From Chiloscyllium plagiosum (Eukaryota), in NCBI RefSeq assembly GCF_004010195.1, contig NC_057719.1:83788827-83852826 (forward strand): a stretch of DNA of 64,000 nt, written 5' to 3'. Shown piece by piece: positions 25,731 to 37,924 of this stretch. The first letter of the stretch is position 1. Each line of letters begins with the position of its first letter. Position numbers and translations under genes: made by a program. The notes under the pieces were generated by a model that worked only from the letters and a program-made list of their open reading frames with translations, was not told the DNA's origin and did not search any database.

Positions 25731-26819
25731 CAAGCAATCACATGAACTGGAAAGATCAGATCAAGCATTCTAATTTTGAGGTGGGTCTCTCAATGCTCTT
25801 GGTGTGAGAATTCCGAACCAACAAATGGACCTTGAATACAAGCCCTGTGTGAGAATGATGAAATGGCTGACAGTGACACATTGTACGGAGAGGTCTTCAG
25901 ACAGTATCAATACTATTGAACGTGACAGGCTGCAGTTTCAAAGACAAGCATTCTGTTCCTTTAGTAACAAGCAGTGCAGTGTTTCCTTTGCATGCTGCCT
26001 TTCCCTGCGAGTACACTCGGCTGAATGAGGTAAATAAAAACCCTGAGCCAGGGCTCTGTGAACAAGGAGCAAGCTCCTGGCTTCTGTGGTCAGTGAAGCG
26101 AGAGAAGCAGAAATCTCTCACGCCCAAAGTTATTTTGTTCCAGCTTCTGTGCTGTCACCCCTGCTGGCCTGCTCAATACGAGGCACTGACAGGGGGTGTT
26201 CATCTGTGTCATTCAGCTGGTAAAGTGGTCGTTTGGCACACAGCGATCAAAAAGGATGCCCCACCAGCCGACGAAGCAGTAGAGCACTCGCAACAATTTA
26301 AACCCTTCAGGAGGAGACCGACTCAAATCAGATCTCAGCAAAAACAGTGGCTTCTTTTGTTGCTGAACAGTGGCTATATATTAAACTGATCAGAGTTATC
26401 AAATCTCCTGTTCGCAAAGTCTGACCACTCTCTAACTTTGGAGTTCGGGGCGAATTTGGACTCCGGATCACTGCAAGGCCACAGCCAACAGCTGCTGCCT
26501 TTGTTTTCAAATCAGAAAAAGAGAGAGGAAAGAGTAAGAGACCTCCAGAACCTACAAAAGGGGCTTGGAAATTGCAAAACCCTCTTAACCCTTGTTTTAT
26601 CACAATCCTTTACCCCGGGAAACAAAATGTTCTGTGTCTGTCCCAGGGTACAGCAATCACACCGGAGAGTCAGGCTTAGTGTGGAAGACTGAACAGAAGT
26701 TGAAACTAGTTGCTGGGATGAATAACTAACAAACATGGAAAGTGTAGACATTAGGAGGAATGCAACAAGCATGAAGACTGCAGTATGTAAAAATACAATC
26801 AGCATGGAGCAAATGGACA

Positions 26820-27033
26820 ACATAGTTAACACTGACTATTGTGGTAAATGGGAGACTAATACAGGGTATTGGAATAAATGGGAGATTGTAGTTAATACAG
26901 AGCACTGTGACAAATGGGAGGCTGGACAGTACAAGGTATTGTGGCAAATAGGAAACTGTAGTTAACACAGACCACTGTGATAAATGAAAGTTTGTAGTTA
27001 ATATAGAGTTTTGTGATAAATGGGAGTCCGTAG
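26820..27033. repeat. Degenerate ~36-bp minisatellite
   Basis: Repeated gtagttaacacagagcactgtgataaatgggagact-like units, with a further unit at ~29083-29110. Confidence 0.75.
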
Positions 27034-27179
27034 CTTTTTATTCATTCATGGGATGCGGGTGCTGCTGGCTGGGCCAGCATTTATTGCCTGTCTCGAATTG
27101 CTCTTGAGAAAGTGATAGTGAGCTGCCTTCTTGAACCGCTGCAGTCCACCTGCTGTAGGTAGACTCAGAATGCCTTCAG

Positions 27180-29080
27180 ACACATCCCTTTTAAACCTTG
27201 TGCTCCTTAAATCTATGGACTCTGGTCTTCGATCTCTCCATCAAGGGGAAATTTTTTTTCCTGTCTACCCTATCTATGCCCCTCATAATTTTATAAATTT
27301 CAATCATGTCCCCACTCAGTCTCCCGTGCGCTAAGGAAAACAACCTCAGTCTGTCCAATCTCGCTTCTTAACAACTCTCCAGCTCACCCAACATCCTGAT
27401 AAATCACCTCTGCATCCTCTCCAGTGCTGTCACATCCCTCTTGTATTCTAGAACTTCACACAATACTCTAGCTGTGGCTTAACCAACACTTTATACAGTT
27501 CAATCATAACCTCCCTGAGGAAGGGTCACCACCGCCCAAAACATTAACATTGATTTCTCTTCACAGATGCTGCCAGACCTACTGTGCTTTTCCAGCAACT
27601 TCTGTTTTTCTGACTGATTTACAGCACCCGCAGTTATTTCCGTTTTCACTTTATCCACCTGCCCTGATACATTAAGGGACCGATATATTCGCACCCCTTG
27701 ACCCTCTGTGCTTCTCAGGATTCTACAATTCATCATGTATTCCCTTGCTGTATTTGTCCTGTCCAAGTGACATCACCACACACATATCTGGATTAAATTT
27801 CATTTGCCACCGATCAACCCATCCATATCCTCTTGTTGTTTGAGGCTACCCTCTTCACTATAAATAGCGAATTTTTGTTATCATCTGCAAGCTTACTAGT
27901 CAACCCTCTTACATTCCAGTCTAACTCATCTATATAAATGACAAACAACAAGACCCCTGAGTCCCCCCACTGGGCACAGACTTGCAGTCAGAAAACTCTC
28001 TCTCAACCATCACCGTCAGTTTCCTGCTTGTCAGATAATTATGGACCCAATTCACCAAATTTCTTTGGGTCCCATGGGCCCCTATCAGTCTCCCATGCAG
28101 TACTTTACCAAAAGCCTTGCTGAAGTCCAGTATGGTTCATCTACAAACCTGACCACCTCTTTGAAAAATTCAATCAAGTCGATCAGACATGACCTCCCCT
28201 GAATAAAACTATGCTGACTGTTCTTAGTTAATCTCTGCATCTCAAAATGCAGATTAAGTTTAACTCTCAGGATTCCTTCCAATAGTTTGTTTCCACGGTC
28301 ATAGAATCCCTACAGTGTGGAAACAGGCCATTTGGCCCAACATCGGCAAAAAGTGAGGACTGCAGATGCTGGAAACCAGAGTTTACATCAGAGTCAGGCA
28401 GCATCCGAGGAGCAGGAAAATTGATGTTTCAGGCAAAAGCCCTTCATCAGGACTGTCCACACCCACCCTCCGAAGAGTAACTCACCCAGACTCATTCCGC
28501 TACCCTATTTCCCTACGTTTACCTCTGACTAACGCACCTAACCAACACATCCCTGGACACTATGGGTAATTTAGCACGGCCAATTCACCTGGAAACCCAT
28601 GCAGACACGGAGAGAAAGTGCAAACTCCACACAGACAGTTGCCTGAGATGGGAATCGAACCTGGGTGCCTGGCGCAGTGAGGCAGCAGTGCTAACCACTG
28701 AGCCACCATGCCGCCCCATGCTGTACGACTCTTTGACTCTAATGACGGGCCTATAGTTTCCTGGTTTATCCCCTGCTCCCCTCTTGAGTAATGGTACTAA
28801 ATTGGCCATTTCTATCCTCTGCCACCTCTCCTCTGGCCAGAAAGGAATTGAAACTTTTTGCCAGTGCCCTATTGCTTTCCTTGCCTAACTCAACAACTTG
28901 GGATATATTTCATGTGGCCTTGGAGATGTATCTACTTAAGCCTGCCAGACCACTCAGAACCTCCTTTCTGTCAATGATAACTTCTTTAATTGTAACACAG
29001 ACCTTTCCCTGATGTCTATACCCATATCCCCCTTTCATGACACAAAATATTCTCTTAGATGCCTATCCTACATCCTCTGG
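27180..29080 (-). mobile_element. CR1 LINE fragment with nested PLE, HE1 SINE and family A copy
   Basis: ORFs read SQHSFIQGRSCLIDLIEFF and ANLVPLLKRGAGDKPGNYRPV. An HE1 at 28300-28717 contains a family A element at 28345-28452. Confidence 0.85.
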
Positions 29081-29368
29081 CTTACTGTGACAAATGGGAG
29101 ATTAGTTCAATATATTCCGTCAACTCTTTGTTCGATGTTAGCTACCTTAATTAGACACAACAAAATCACAGTTGAGTCACGAAAGGTAATTGGCAATTAG
29201 CTCATTAATTAGCCTAATTTACAGCCTGTACGTGGCCATCAGGAATCCCACTTTAGTCTATCTACCCTCTGAGTTAATTGGAAAAGGTTAGTATGACTGG
29301 ATCTGACTTGTCACGGTTCCTGCCATGGAAGGTTGCAGCAAATCCAATCCAAATGGTTTCCTTCTTGG

Positions 29369-30088
29369 TATTTGAACATTTGTGAGATGTTTGACCCTCA
29401 GGATCTGCACAGTCGAACACAAGCCTGTTCTTTCCCTTTGTCCATATGCACAGCCTCCAGCTGTTGTGACAGATGTTTGCCACACAGCTCATGCCTGTCT
29501 TTCCTGAGGCCTGCTCACAGAGTCTCCTGCTCACCCATCCTGGTCACACGCTGTTCGGCCAACCTTCACGTTCATGCACTCGATCGCTACATCTTCCCCT
29601 GGCCCTCCTCCGCGCTGACCTGCTTCCATCTCTCCCACTGATCCATCCATCCACCCACCCGCTCCTCTCACTTGCTGCTTCCCTCTCTTCAAACCTCATT
29701 TACAACAATGTCTCAGGAGAGTGAAGAAGTGAACAGGAGAGTCAGGGAACAACGGCAAGTGAGTGAAACAACTCAGGAGAAAGACAGTGAACAGGAGGGT
29801 TGGGGTGGAAAGCACGGAACAGGATGATCAATGAGTGAGTGGGGGATGGTCATTGAATGGAAGAAGTTGTAGCCTGGAGAGGCAGTGAGGAGGAGGCAAG
29901 TAGAAACAGCAAGTAATAAAAAGTTTGTAAGTATTGACATACATTAATAACTGTATACTTCATGCAGTGTAAAGTTGCTGAAATGTTCATTTTACATAAC
30001 TTTTTCTGTGTTTCACGTAGCAAGATAGTTTTTTTTTACAAATAGATCAAAATAGCTAAATAAATAAATCTCATGATTTTTCTAATAT
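29369..30088. mobile_element. Possible degenerate TIR DNA element
   Basis: tatttgaacatttgtgagat matches the reverse complement of atctcatgatttttctaata at 15/20 positions, with TA at both ends. Confidence 0.3.
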
Positions 30089-30697
30089 CACCATATTAGA
30101 AAGTGATCAAATCCATGCCTGCATTTATTCCCCATTTCCAATTGTTCTTGAGATGGTGGCGCTGAACTGCCTTCATGAACTGCTACAGTTAGTATGGTAT
30201 ACGTTGACCCACAATGCCAGTAGGGAGGAAATTCCAGGATTTTGATCCACCTGCACTGAAGGAATGATGATATATTTCCAAGTCAGGATGGTTAAGTGGC
30301 TGGCAGAACAACTTTCAGGTGACGTTTCTTTTGTATCTGCTGTCCTTGGCCTTCTAGGAGACAGAGATCACTGGTTTGGAAAGTACCGTTGAAGGAACCT
30401 CAGTGAGTTACTAGCAGTGTATCTTATGGATGATATGTTAGTGGTGGAGGAAGTGAAGGTTGAAAGTTGTGGACGGAGGAGCAATCATATGAGTGCCCTG
30501 GACAGGGTCGAGTTTTGCCACGTGCAAATTGTTTGCTATGTTTCTTACATACAACTGCACTTCTCAAGTACTTTGGGATCACCCTCTTCCTTCTTTTCAC
30601 CAGGAAAATAATCTCCAAACAGACTGTGAGAACATCCAGAGTCATCGGGGGTAAATGGAGAGATGGTGTAAATCGGAAATAAAAAAGTGTACAACAG

Positions 30698-30828
30698 CTA
30701 TTCCTGAAGGGTTTTTGCCCAAGACATCGATTTTCCTGCTCCTTGGATGCTGCCAGACCTGCTGTGCTTTTCCAGTACCACTCTAATCTAAACTCTGGTT
30801 TCCAGCATCTGCAGTCCTCACTTTTGCC
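30698..30828 (+). mobile_element. PLE family A element (single arm)
   Basis: TSD tacaacag at 30690-30697 and 30829-30836. The hammerhead core is degraded. Confidence 0.85.
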
Positions 30829-30916
30829 TACAACAGGTCAGTCAGGTTAATGCTCTTGGTGCAATCTCTTCAGCTTTAAGCAAAAGGTCTCATTCAGAAG
30901 GTTTGAGGTTAAGCTG

Positions 30917-31070
30917 TTAGGTGAATTGGCCATGCTAAATTGCCCGTAGTGTTAGGTGCGTTAGTCAGTGGTGAATGTAGGGGAATGGGTCTGGGTGGGT
31001 TGCTCTTCACAGAGTCGGTGTGGACTTGTTGGGCCGAAGGGCCTGTTTCCACACTCTGGGGAATCTAATC
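30917..31070 (+). mobile_element. 5'-truncated HE1 SINE
   Basis: It reads gtgaattggccatgctaaattgcccgtagtgttagg ... gggccgaagggcctgtttccacact. Confidence 0.9.
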
Positions 31071-34000
31071 TTTTGAATCCAAACAATTACAAAGTAAATG
31101 GTGCCGAGTGAAGTCCGGACATCTATTATTTTATTAAAGCATCCATCAAGAACACAGCTGGTCATTAAACATTGTTTATCCCATTTTCATTTTTAAAGGG
31201 GCAACATTTCAGCCTAAACGGAACAAACAATCAGAAAGAGAACTGCATTAAATCATTCCCTAATGACTGTTTACAGTTTACTGCAACAAAGCTCTTTTGA
31301 AAGGAAAAAACCAGTCAAACATTTATGGGCAAGTACACATCCGCACATCTACGTACAACGATGCTTCCCATCAAATGACTCCAATCAGAAAGTAGAACCA
31401 GGGGATTCTAATGTGAAGTCAGAATTGGGAGCAGCCAAGTAGGGAGAGAGAGCTGGTCTACTGGCACTTACTTGTGGAGGCTTGGGTGCAAAGGCTAGGA
31501 TTGCAAATCTCCAAGATTAAACTGAAGCTTCCAGTAATTAAGATATAATCGGGTAGTGTTCGGTGAAGACGTGGAGAACGTCATAGGGACATTCAAAAAT
31601 AATTTTGCTTTTTGAAGGTTTATTAACTATACCAATATACTTTGAATTCAAACTTTATTGTATTCTTTAAATATGACCACAAAAAATTGGACTTTATACC
31701 TTCCAAGACTCAACATTGAATTCAATAACTTCTGACTTTGAAAAGTGTCCTCCATTTTAATTACCCCCACTCCGGTGCCTTGTTTCCATGGTTTGCTCTT
31801 AGCAGAGCTGACCTCCTGCTATTAACACCTATTCTTCATCTATACCTCTCCTCTGCTATTATCATTAGCATTTCCTTTGCCGTTTACTATGGCACCCTCA
31901 CCATTTATTTAACTTATTCTTCCTCTCCTTTGTCAACAGCATAAAAACCATCTTATTCAAGCTCCCTTCAGTTCTAAAGAAGAGTCATTTGAACGAGAAA
32001 CTCTAACTCTGTTTCTGTCCAGTAGACCTTCTCCAATACTCGCTGTTTTTGGCGCAAAAATATGGGTGCACAAGAACCATCTGACTTCTTTTTTGGATTA
32101 AAACCACTCTCTTGTTTCAAGAAGGAACAGAAGGTACCTTTCACACTGATCGTGACTCTTATGATGTCCTTGTGATGTAGCCTTTTCTTGAAGCGACATC
32201 ACAAGGACATTTTTGATTAAGTGGTTCTTTTCAAATATGAAAACATTTACTGCCTTGAATTCTTAAGGTATAAAGCGCAAAACACAAGGTGTAAAAAAAA
32301 AGACCTAATCACCCATTTTATTTGGAAAAGATGTTTGGACTTGCAACAGATCAGATGGCGAGGCAACCATTTTTCTATGCCAGTTTTTAAATACAGCAAG
32401 AAGCTGTTCTGCTGAGGGAGCTCGATCAGAAAACCATCAAACTAGCAATAAATCATGCCGAATAATAAAGAGTAATATTTTAAAAGTGGGAAATGCTAAG
32501 GATTCCTCACAAATTGTTCTGACATTGAGTTAACTGGAGAACCAACTACCTGGCAATTCGACTACAAGAAACCTCACAGATTACTAAGATTCTTTACCAG
32601 ATCACCAGCTAAAGCATAAAGTCATCTGAGAAACTTAGGCTTTCCACAAAATAGACTGAGATAATCATAAGTCATAACTGTATTGCTTTATCTGGGTTTG
32701 TATTTGGCATTAGTGTGCATGAGATGACCGAGTAACGTCGCATTTTTAAACATCTCAAAGTATGTAATAATAACGAACATTCCTTATTTTAGAACTCAAA
32801 CTTCTGCTGCAGGACTGTAAGAAAATGCTAATGTAAGAAAGCGGATAGTTCATATTTTGTTTTGATTTTTAACAATGTGGTCTTTTGCTGAAGCATAAGC
32901 TGGCAATGCTGCAAATTCTGCTTTAATAATAAAACAGAAATTTATTAACAAAAGAAATGGGTAAAAATTATAAAACCAACCTATCAATTTATGACACAAA
33001 TTCAAAGGCGTTTAAACACACAGAATAAGATAATCCCATTAAAACACTCATTTAGAAATTTTTAAGCAAAACAACAGATTGTTATAGCACCCAAAACCTC
33101 AAGTACAAAAACATAACCTTGTACAGTACCTAAAAATACCACTCATACAGTAATCATATCAGAATCCCTGTGTCTAACACCTTGGGTAGGGCCAAGTCAC
33201 TCGTACTTTAACTTATTGACTGAGACAGCAGATGGGTTCTTCCTGGAGCTATTATACACTTGCACTTGAACAGACTCAGCTTGAGGTAAGCTTTTCAGGG
33301 TTTTATCCCAACATTTCTAATCTAGAATTAATATTAACTCTTTACTCTAAGGTAATCCAGTTTCATTACACCCTCCCTTCTCAAGAGCACTGATCTATAT
33401 AGCCGCCTTGTTCCAAGGACTTCACAGGACTTCTCAAACTTCAAAGTAAAATTAAAGAATAACATTTAATCACAGTTATTTCTCTCAAGCTTTAGCAAAA
33501 CATTGCCTGATCTTCAAAACTTGACCTTGTTTACCTTATGCAGTTGTAAAGCTTCACCATATACGCACACAAGAAACTATTCATTCTAAAGCTAGGTCTC
33601 CAAAACTGTTTTAAAAGAAATCACCATAGTTACAGAAATGCTTACATTAACTATTAATTTCAGACCCATGTTTGTTACTAGCCAGAATCCAAGAAACCAT
33701 ATTCGCAATAAATGATATTTATACAAATAAAATTCAGTTTGCATCACATACACAAATATATTGATCACAAGCTGAAAAGAAAACGATAAATTCAATGTAC
33801 CACAACTATGAAAATGTCAAAGATGGGAAAGACAGGCTGTTTAATTGCATGGTAACACTGACAAACCTCTAGGAATGCACTCCACCGGACTTGGCATCCC
33901 CAGCAAAGACATGGTACTTGAGAGGAGCAGTTAGAAATCTATTATCATCTGTGGAACTGTGTGAGGAAATTCACTGATCCAGGATATTTCATGCCTGGTC

Positions 34001-34372
34001 ATCAAACAGCCCCTAACTTTGGTTAGAGTTACTCTTACACACATGCAAATGTTTTGTGTGAGGAGTGCTGAAGGTATTATCAACAGTATATCAAACAGAG
34101 CTTCTGGGACAGTCAGTAACATGATATTCACTTAACTGTCCCTGCTCTTGGAACTGACAGTGAATTAGAACGGATGAATTCAAATCAGGCACAGAGAGAA
34201 AAATGGAGAGAAAGAAAGAAGGACTGGATTAAAAGAAAATAAACGACACTAAAGGGGTTACTATTAATTTTCCTTTTTTAAAATTTCTAACAACTAATTA
34301 CTGAAAGAATGAGACTCCAAAATTCTCAATGTTAAAATCTGATGTTGAAGAGGTTGCTAGGCACTTGTGATG

Positions 34373-34466
34373 CTGCTCCTCGGATGCTGCCTGACCTGCT
34401 GTGCTTTTCCAGCACCATTCTAATCTAGATTCTGGTTTCCAGCATCTGCAGTCCTTGTTTTTACCT
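34373..34466 (+). mobile_element. PLE family A element, truncated
   Basis: It reads ctgctcctcggatgctgcctgacc...ccagcatctgcagtcc, with an approximate TSD acttgt(g/a)atg. Confidence 0.8.
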
Positions 34467-34729
34467 ACTTGTAATGTTGCAACAAGATTTCTGAGAACAT
34501 AATGAATAAGACTTGGCTTTTGTGTAATTTAATTCATGTCCATAGTCTAAGTACGGTAACTTCACACAATTCAACATATTTCAATGGAGAAGCAGGCCAC
34601 TTTTGCCACATTGTCGTCATTCTATGGTTGGTACCAGATTCTGCTGAATTTTGCTACTCTATCCACCTGCGTGTAATCATTCATCTGTGTTGCTTCGCTG
34701 GTGGGTAAATCCATCGAGGTAGCAATTTT

Positions 34730-35020
34730 GAAACTGTCTTTAAATCCAGGTCTCCCCTTGTTAACAGCTTCCGTTTGATGGCTTCGTATTGGAGGTTATA
34801 AACCAAACGGTCTGGCAAGGCACCTTGGAGGAACCACTAAATTCGCAATATTTTACTAACCTCTTTAAGGCGGCGATGAGTTGAGCAATGGACACTTCTT
34901 CATGCTGTATCTGTTTATTAAAACAGAAACGTTCCACGATCATCAGAGACTTCGGTACAAGATAACTCCCCAGGACTTGATTTAATTCCTGGTAGGTCTT
35001 CTCCTAGGGTTTCTCTAGTT
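34730..35020 (-). mobile_element. Gypsy gag remnant
   Basis: ORF 34761-34943 reads IVERFCFNKQIQHEEVSIAQLIAALKRLVKYCEF, which resembles the Gypsy gag motif ERxxFxxRxQxxxEsixxFxxxLxxLxxxCeF. LTR-like sequence follows to ~36175. Confidence 0.7.
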
Positions 35021-35364
35021 GCATCAGACTTGTTGAATTATGAATATCTTGCTCCCCATGGTACTCAAGAAAACCAGTACCATAATGCCTTCCAGCTACC
35101 TTATTCGCCTTTAAGTATGCATCAAAATGTTTGGTTTTTAGTGTCCAACATAGTCCTATTGCTCCAAATTGGCCTGCCATTTTGTTTTCCAGGTCGAGTA
35201 CCCATTTGCAGCGAGAGGTCCCTTGGTGAACACTCTCTGTCCCAGCGGCTCAGTAGGCACACTGTACTTGCCTGGCATCGACTGCAGTCCAAGTCTCGTC
35301 ATGAAAGCTTTCCTTGGCATTACCTCCACAATCCTTTGCCATTTTTGGAGTCCAGGTAATATCC

Positions 35365-35710
35365 TTTCTGTTGTGGTTCTGTTCGCCAAGCTGGAAATTT
35401 TTGTTGCAAACGTTTCGTCCCCTGTCTAGGTGACATCCTCAGTGCTTGGGAGCCTGTTGTCAGTTTCAGTTGTCCGCTGTAGTGGCCGGTATATTGGGTC
35501 CAGTTGATGTTCGTGGCTAGTTGATGTTCGTGGATGCGGGTCGTTAGCTGTCTTCCTGTTTGTCCTATGTAGTGTTTTGTGCAGTCCTTGCATGGGATTT
35601 TGTACACTACATTAGTTTTGCTCATGCTGGGTATCGGGTCCTTCGTTCTGGTGAGTTGTTGTCTGAGGGTGGCTGTTGGTTTGTGTGCTGTTATAAGTCC
35701 TAGTGGTCCC
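35365..35710 (-). mobile_element. Penelope-like element 3' fragment: GIY-YIG endonuclease remnant plus terminal repeat with hammerhead
   Basis: ORF 35320-35733 contains HKPTATLRQQLTRTKD..NVVYKIPCKDCTKHYIGQTGRQLTTRIHEH, the PLE-type GIY-YIG with CxxC. It is internally deleted. Confidence 0.92.
35406..35445 (-). ncRNA. Minimal type-I hammerhead ribozyme motif (intact core)
   Basis: The minus strand reads GCA CUGAGGA U GUC aCCU agac AGGg GAC GAAA CG U U UGC, with the predicted cleavage site 3' of 35409. Confidence 0.8.
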
Positions 35711-36219
35711 CAAAGGACTAGCCACACTACCATACATCAGGAGCATTTCAGAACTGACAGCCAGACTACTGCGACCCACCAGAGCAAGAGACTCTGGAAC
35801 ATTCTATACTTTATCCTTTTGTCTTCAAGAGTAACCCATTGGTCAAAGTGTATTTTTCAGAAACCCATCTCTGCAGATAAGTTTGTTCTATATTCCTGAA
35901 GAGTACTTTTGTGTGTTTCCATCTGTGTTTTGTGAATGTGTAAGAGGAAAAACATTTCATCATTACTGACTTCTTGACTGAATAAGTTTTGGTTTATACT
36001 AAACCAATAGTTGTGTCTACTGAGAAATCAGGTTGGTACATCTGGTTGTTTTAAACCTAATATAGAGATGGTATTTAGGTGTTCATCAGGGCAAGTGAAA
36101 CAAGTACTTTTATTTTACATCATCCCCCATGGAATAGTGGGTCTAGAGCTACAGTGCACTCCTTGGTCATGACATGACTAAGAGGAAACCCTGGAGGTAT
36201 TCATGAACATGACGGGTTA

Positions 36220-36882
36220 CAGGTAGTTCTTGGATAACGCACAGTCCGACAGCGGGATTTGCTTATAACGTTGCTGAGGAATTAAGGAATGGTATTTTCG
36301 ATAGCGCTTACCTTTGTTCACAATAGCGCGATTTCAACAGGGATTGTTTCGTGCGCTTCATTCTGAGCATGCGCCAATGTCAGCTTCTGACAGAGCAGCT
36401 TTCTGTGAGAGATACTGAACAGAGAGCAGCTGTCTGTGAAAGGTACACTACTCCTAGATTATGCCTTTCTTCGAAAAAAAATGGAAGGGCATAGAGACAA
36501 GGAAGTTAGCAAGAAGTGTCCCGGTGATAAAACTGCGGGTGGTGAATACAAAAAAAGGCTACAACACTGGAAGAGAAGTTAGATATTATAAAGCGTGTTG
36601 AGCATAAAGAGAAAATATATAATATAGCATGTTTAACAAAAAATGAGGGAGTCTACCTTATGCACCATGATGACCTTCTGTCCCTGCATAAACAATATTT
36701 TTTAAATGTACTGTGTTTAATTTTATATTGACTTTTCGGCGATTTTTGAGGGATCAAAAATTTTTGATATTTTTTGCTGGTCTGCCCCCAACCCCACTTT
36801 TCCCATAGGCCCCATTATTTATATTTAGCAATTTTCCACGAAGTGAGGTTTCGCAATTACGGCGTTATAGGAGAACTAGCTG
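36220..36882 (+). mobile_element. Tigger-like deletion derivative with transposase N-terminal remnant
   Basis: TIRs read TA|CAGGTAGTTCTTGGATAACGC ... GCGTTATAGGAGAACTAGCTG|TA. Positions ~36550-36665 translate KKATTLEEKLDIIKRVEHKEKIYNIA, a CENP-B/psq-type helix-turn-helix. Confidence 0.88.
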
Positions 36883-37624
36883 TAACCAAAATGCTTGCAG
36901 TTGTGAGCGAGGTCAGACCTGTGGATCACAGGTTTGTTACTAAAATATCTGCTAAGAAATTCAGAAGACAACTCTTCACCTGAAGTGTGGTTAGAATGTG
37001 AAACATGATACTAAAGCAAGTTGTTGAGGTGGATATGTACATTTAAGGAGTAGCTAAATAAGCATGAAGGAGAAACGAATATAAGGATTTGTTGATAGAA
37101 TGCAGGTGAATTGAGTTAGAAGGTGAAGTATAAAACTTGACTGAATGATCTGTGTGCTGTAAATAGTTTGGAAGACTTTGAATTCAGCCTAAAACATCCT
37201 AGCAATACCTCCTGCTGTAGAGCTCAGACCAAACTGATCAAGGAAGAACATTCTTGGGCTTTCCGTAGAACTAGGAGCATTGCACGAACACAAATACATC
37301 AGGCTTGCTTTTCTGCTCACCAGTTTAACATAGCCCAACAAGGGTGAATGAACCATGGAACAGTAACTGGTATTTGCTATTAACAGACACACAAACTCAG
37401 CCAATTAGAATTACAGGATGCTCCGATCAGCTAATAACTCTATTAGCATAATACCTGCGTACAGTACGTACTACTGCTTAGGGCTGAGAACACTGCCTCA
37501 TACGTATAATATATATTTGCTTGTAATTATGTTGCCCACATATTTTTCAATTGATTATGAATGCAGTTTCCCATTTCACATGCCAGACTAGCTTAAGAGT
37601 TTTAAATTGTCCAAAGATTCCTAC

Positions 37625-37703
37625 CTCGCAGGACAAGACCTTCCTTCTGAATGGTGAAAATAAACACAGCGAATGGAGCAAGTGGTGACTTTGCGATGAT
37701 CAT
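37625..37703 (-). CDS. RAD51B: RAD51B internal coding exon (equivalent to human exon 10)
   Basis: The acceptor is tttttctacattgttttgtcacag|ATG and the donor is G|gtagga. The exon is 79 nt, phase 0 to phase 1, and in frame with the upstream exon. It translates MIIAKSPLAPFAVFIFTIQKEGLVLR, against recalled human ILIAKSPLAPFTSFVYTIKEEGLVLQ. This frame is not in the ORF track. Confidence 0.96.
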
Positions 37704-37924
37704 CTGTGACAAAACAATGTAGAAAAATGTTGAGTTGAAGGAAACAGAATGGAAAGTCTTCAGAAAAACAAATCTGTAGAAAGCAGGCTTGCAATAGGGC
37801 TGCCTCTCGCACTGCTTATTTCCAAGTAGTTACAAATATTACCAATCCTCACTGTTCTGCAGCCCACAATAAATACAAGATTGAATACTGTATTAACACA
37901 TTTGCTGTAGAGTGTGTGGGAGCA

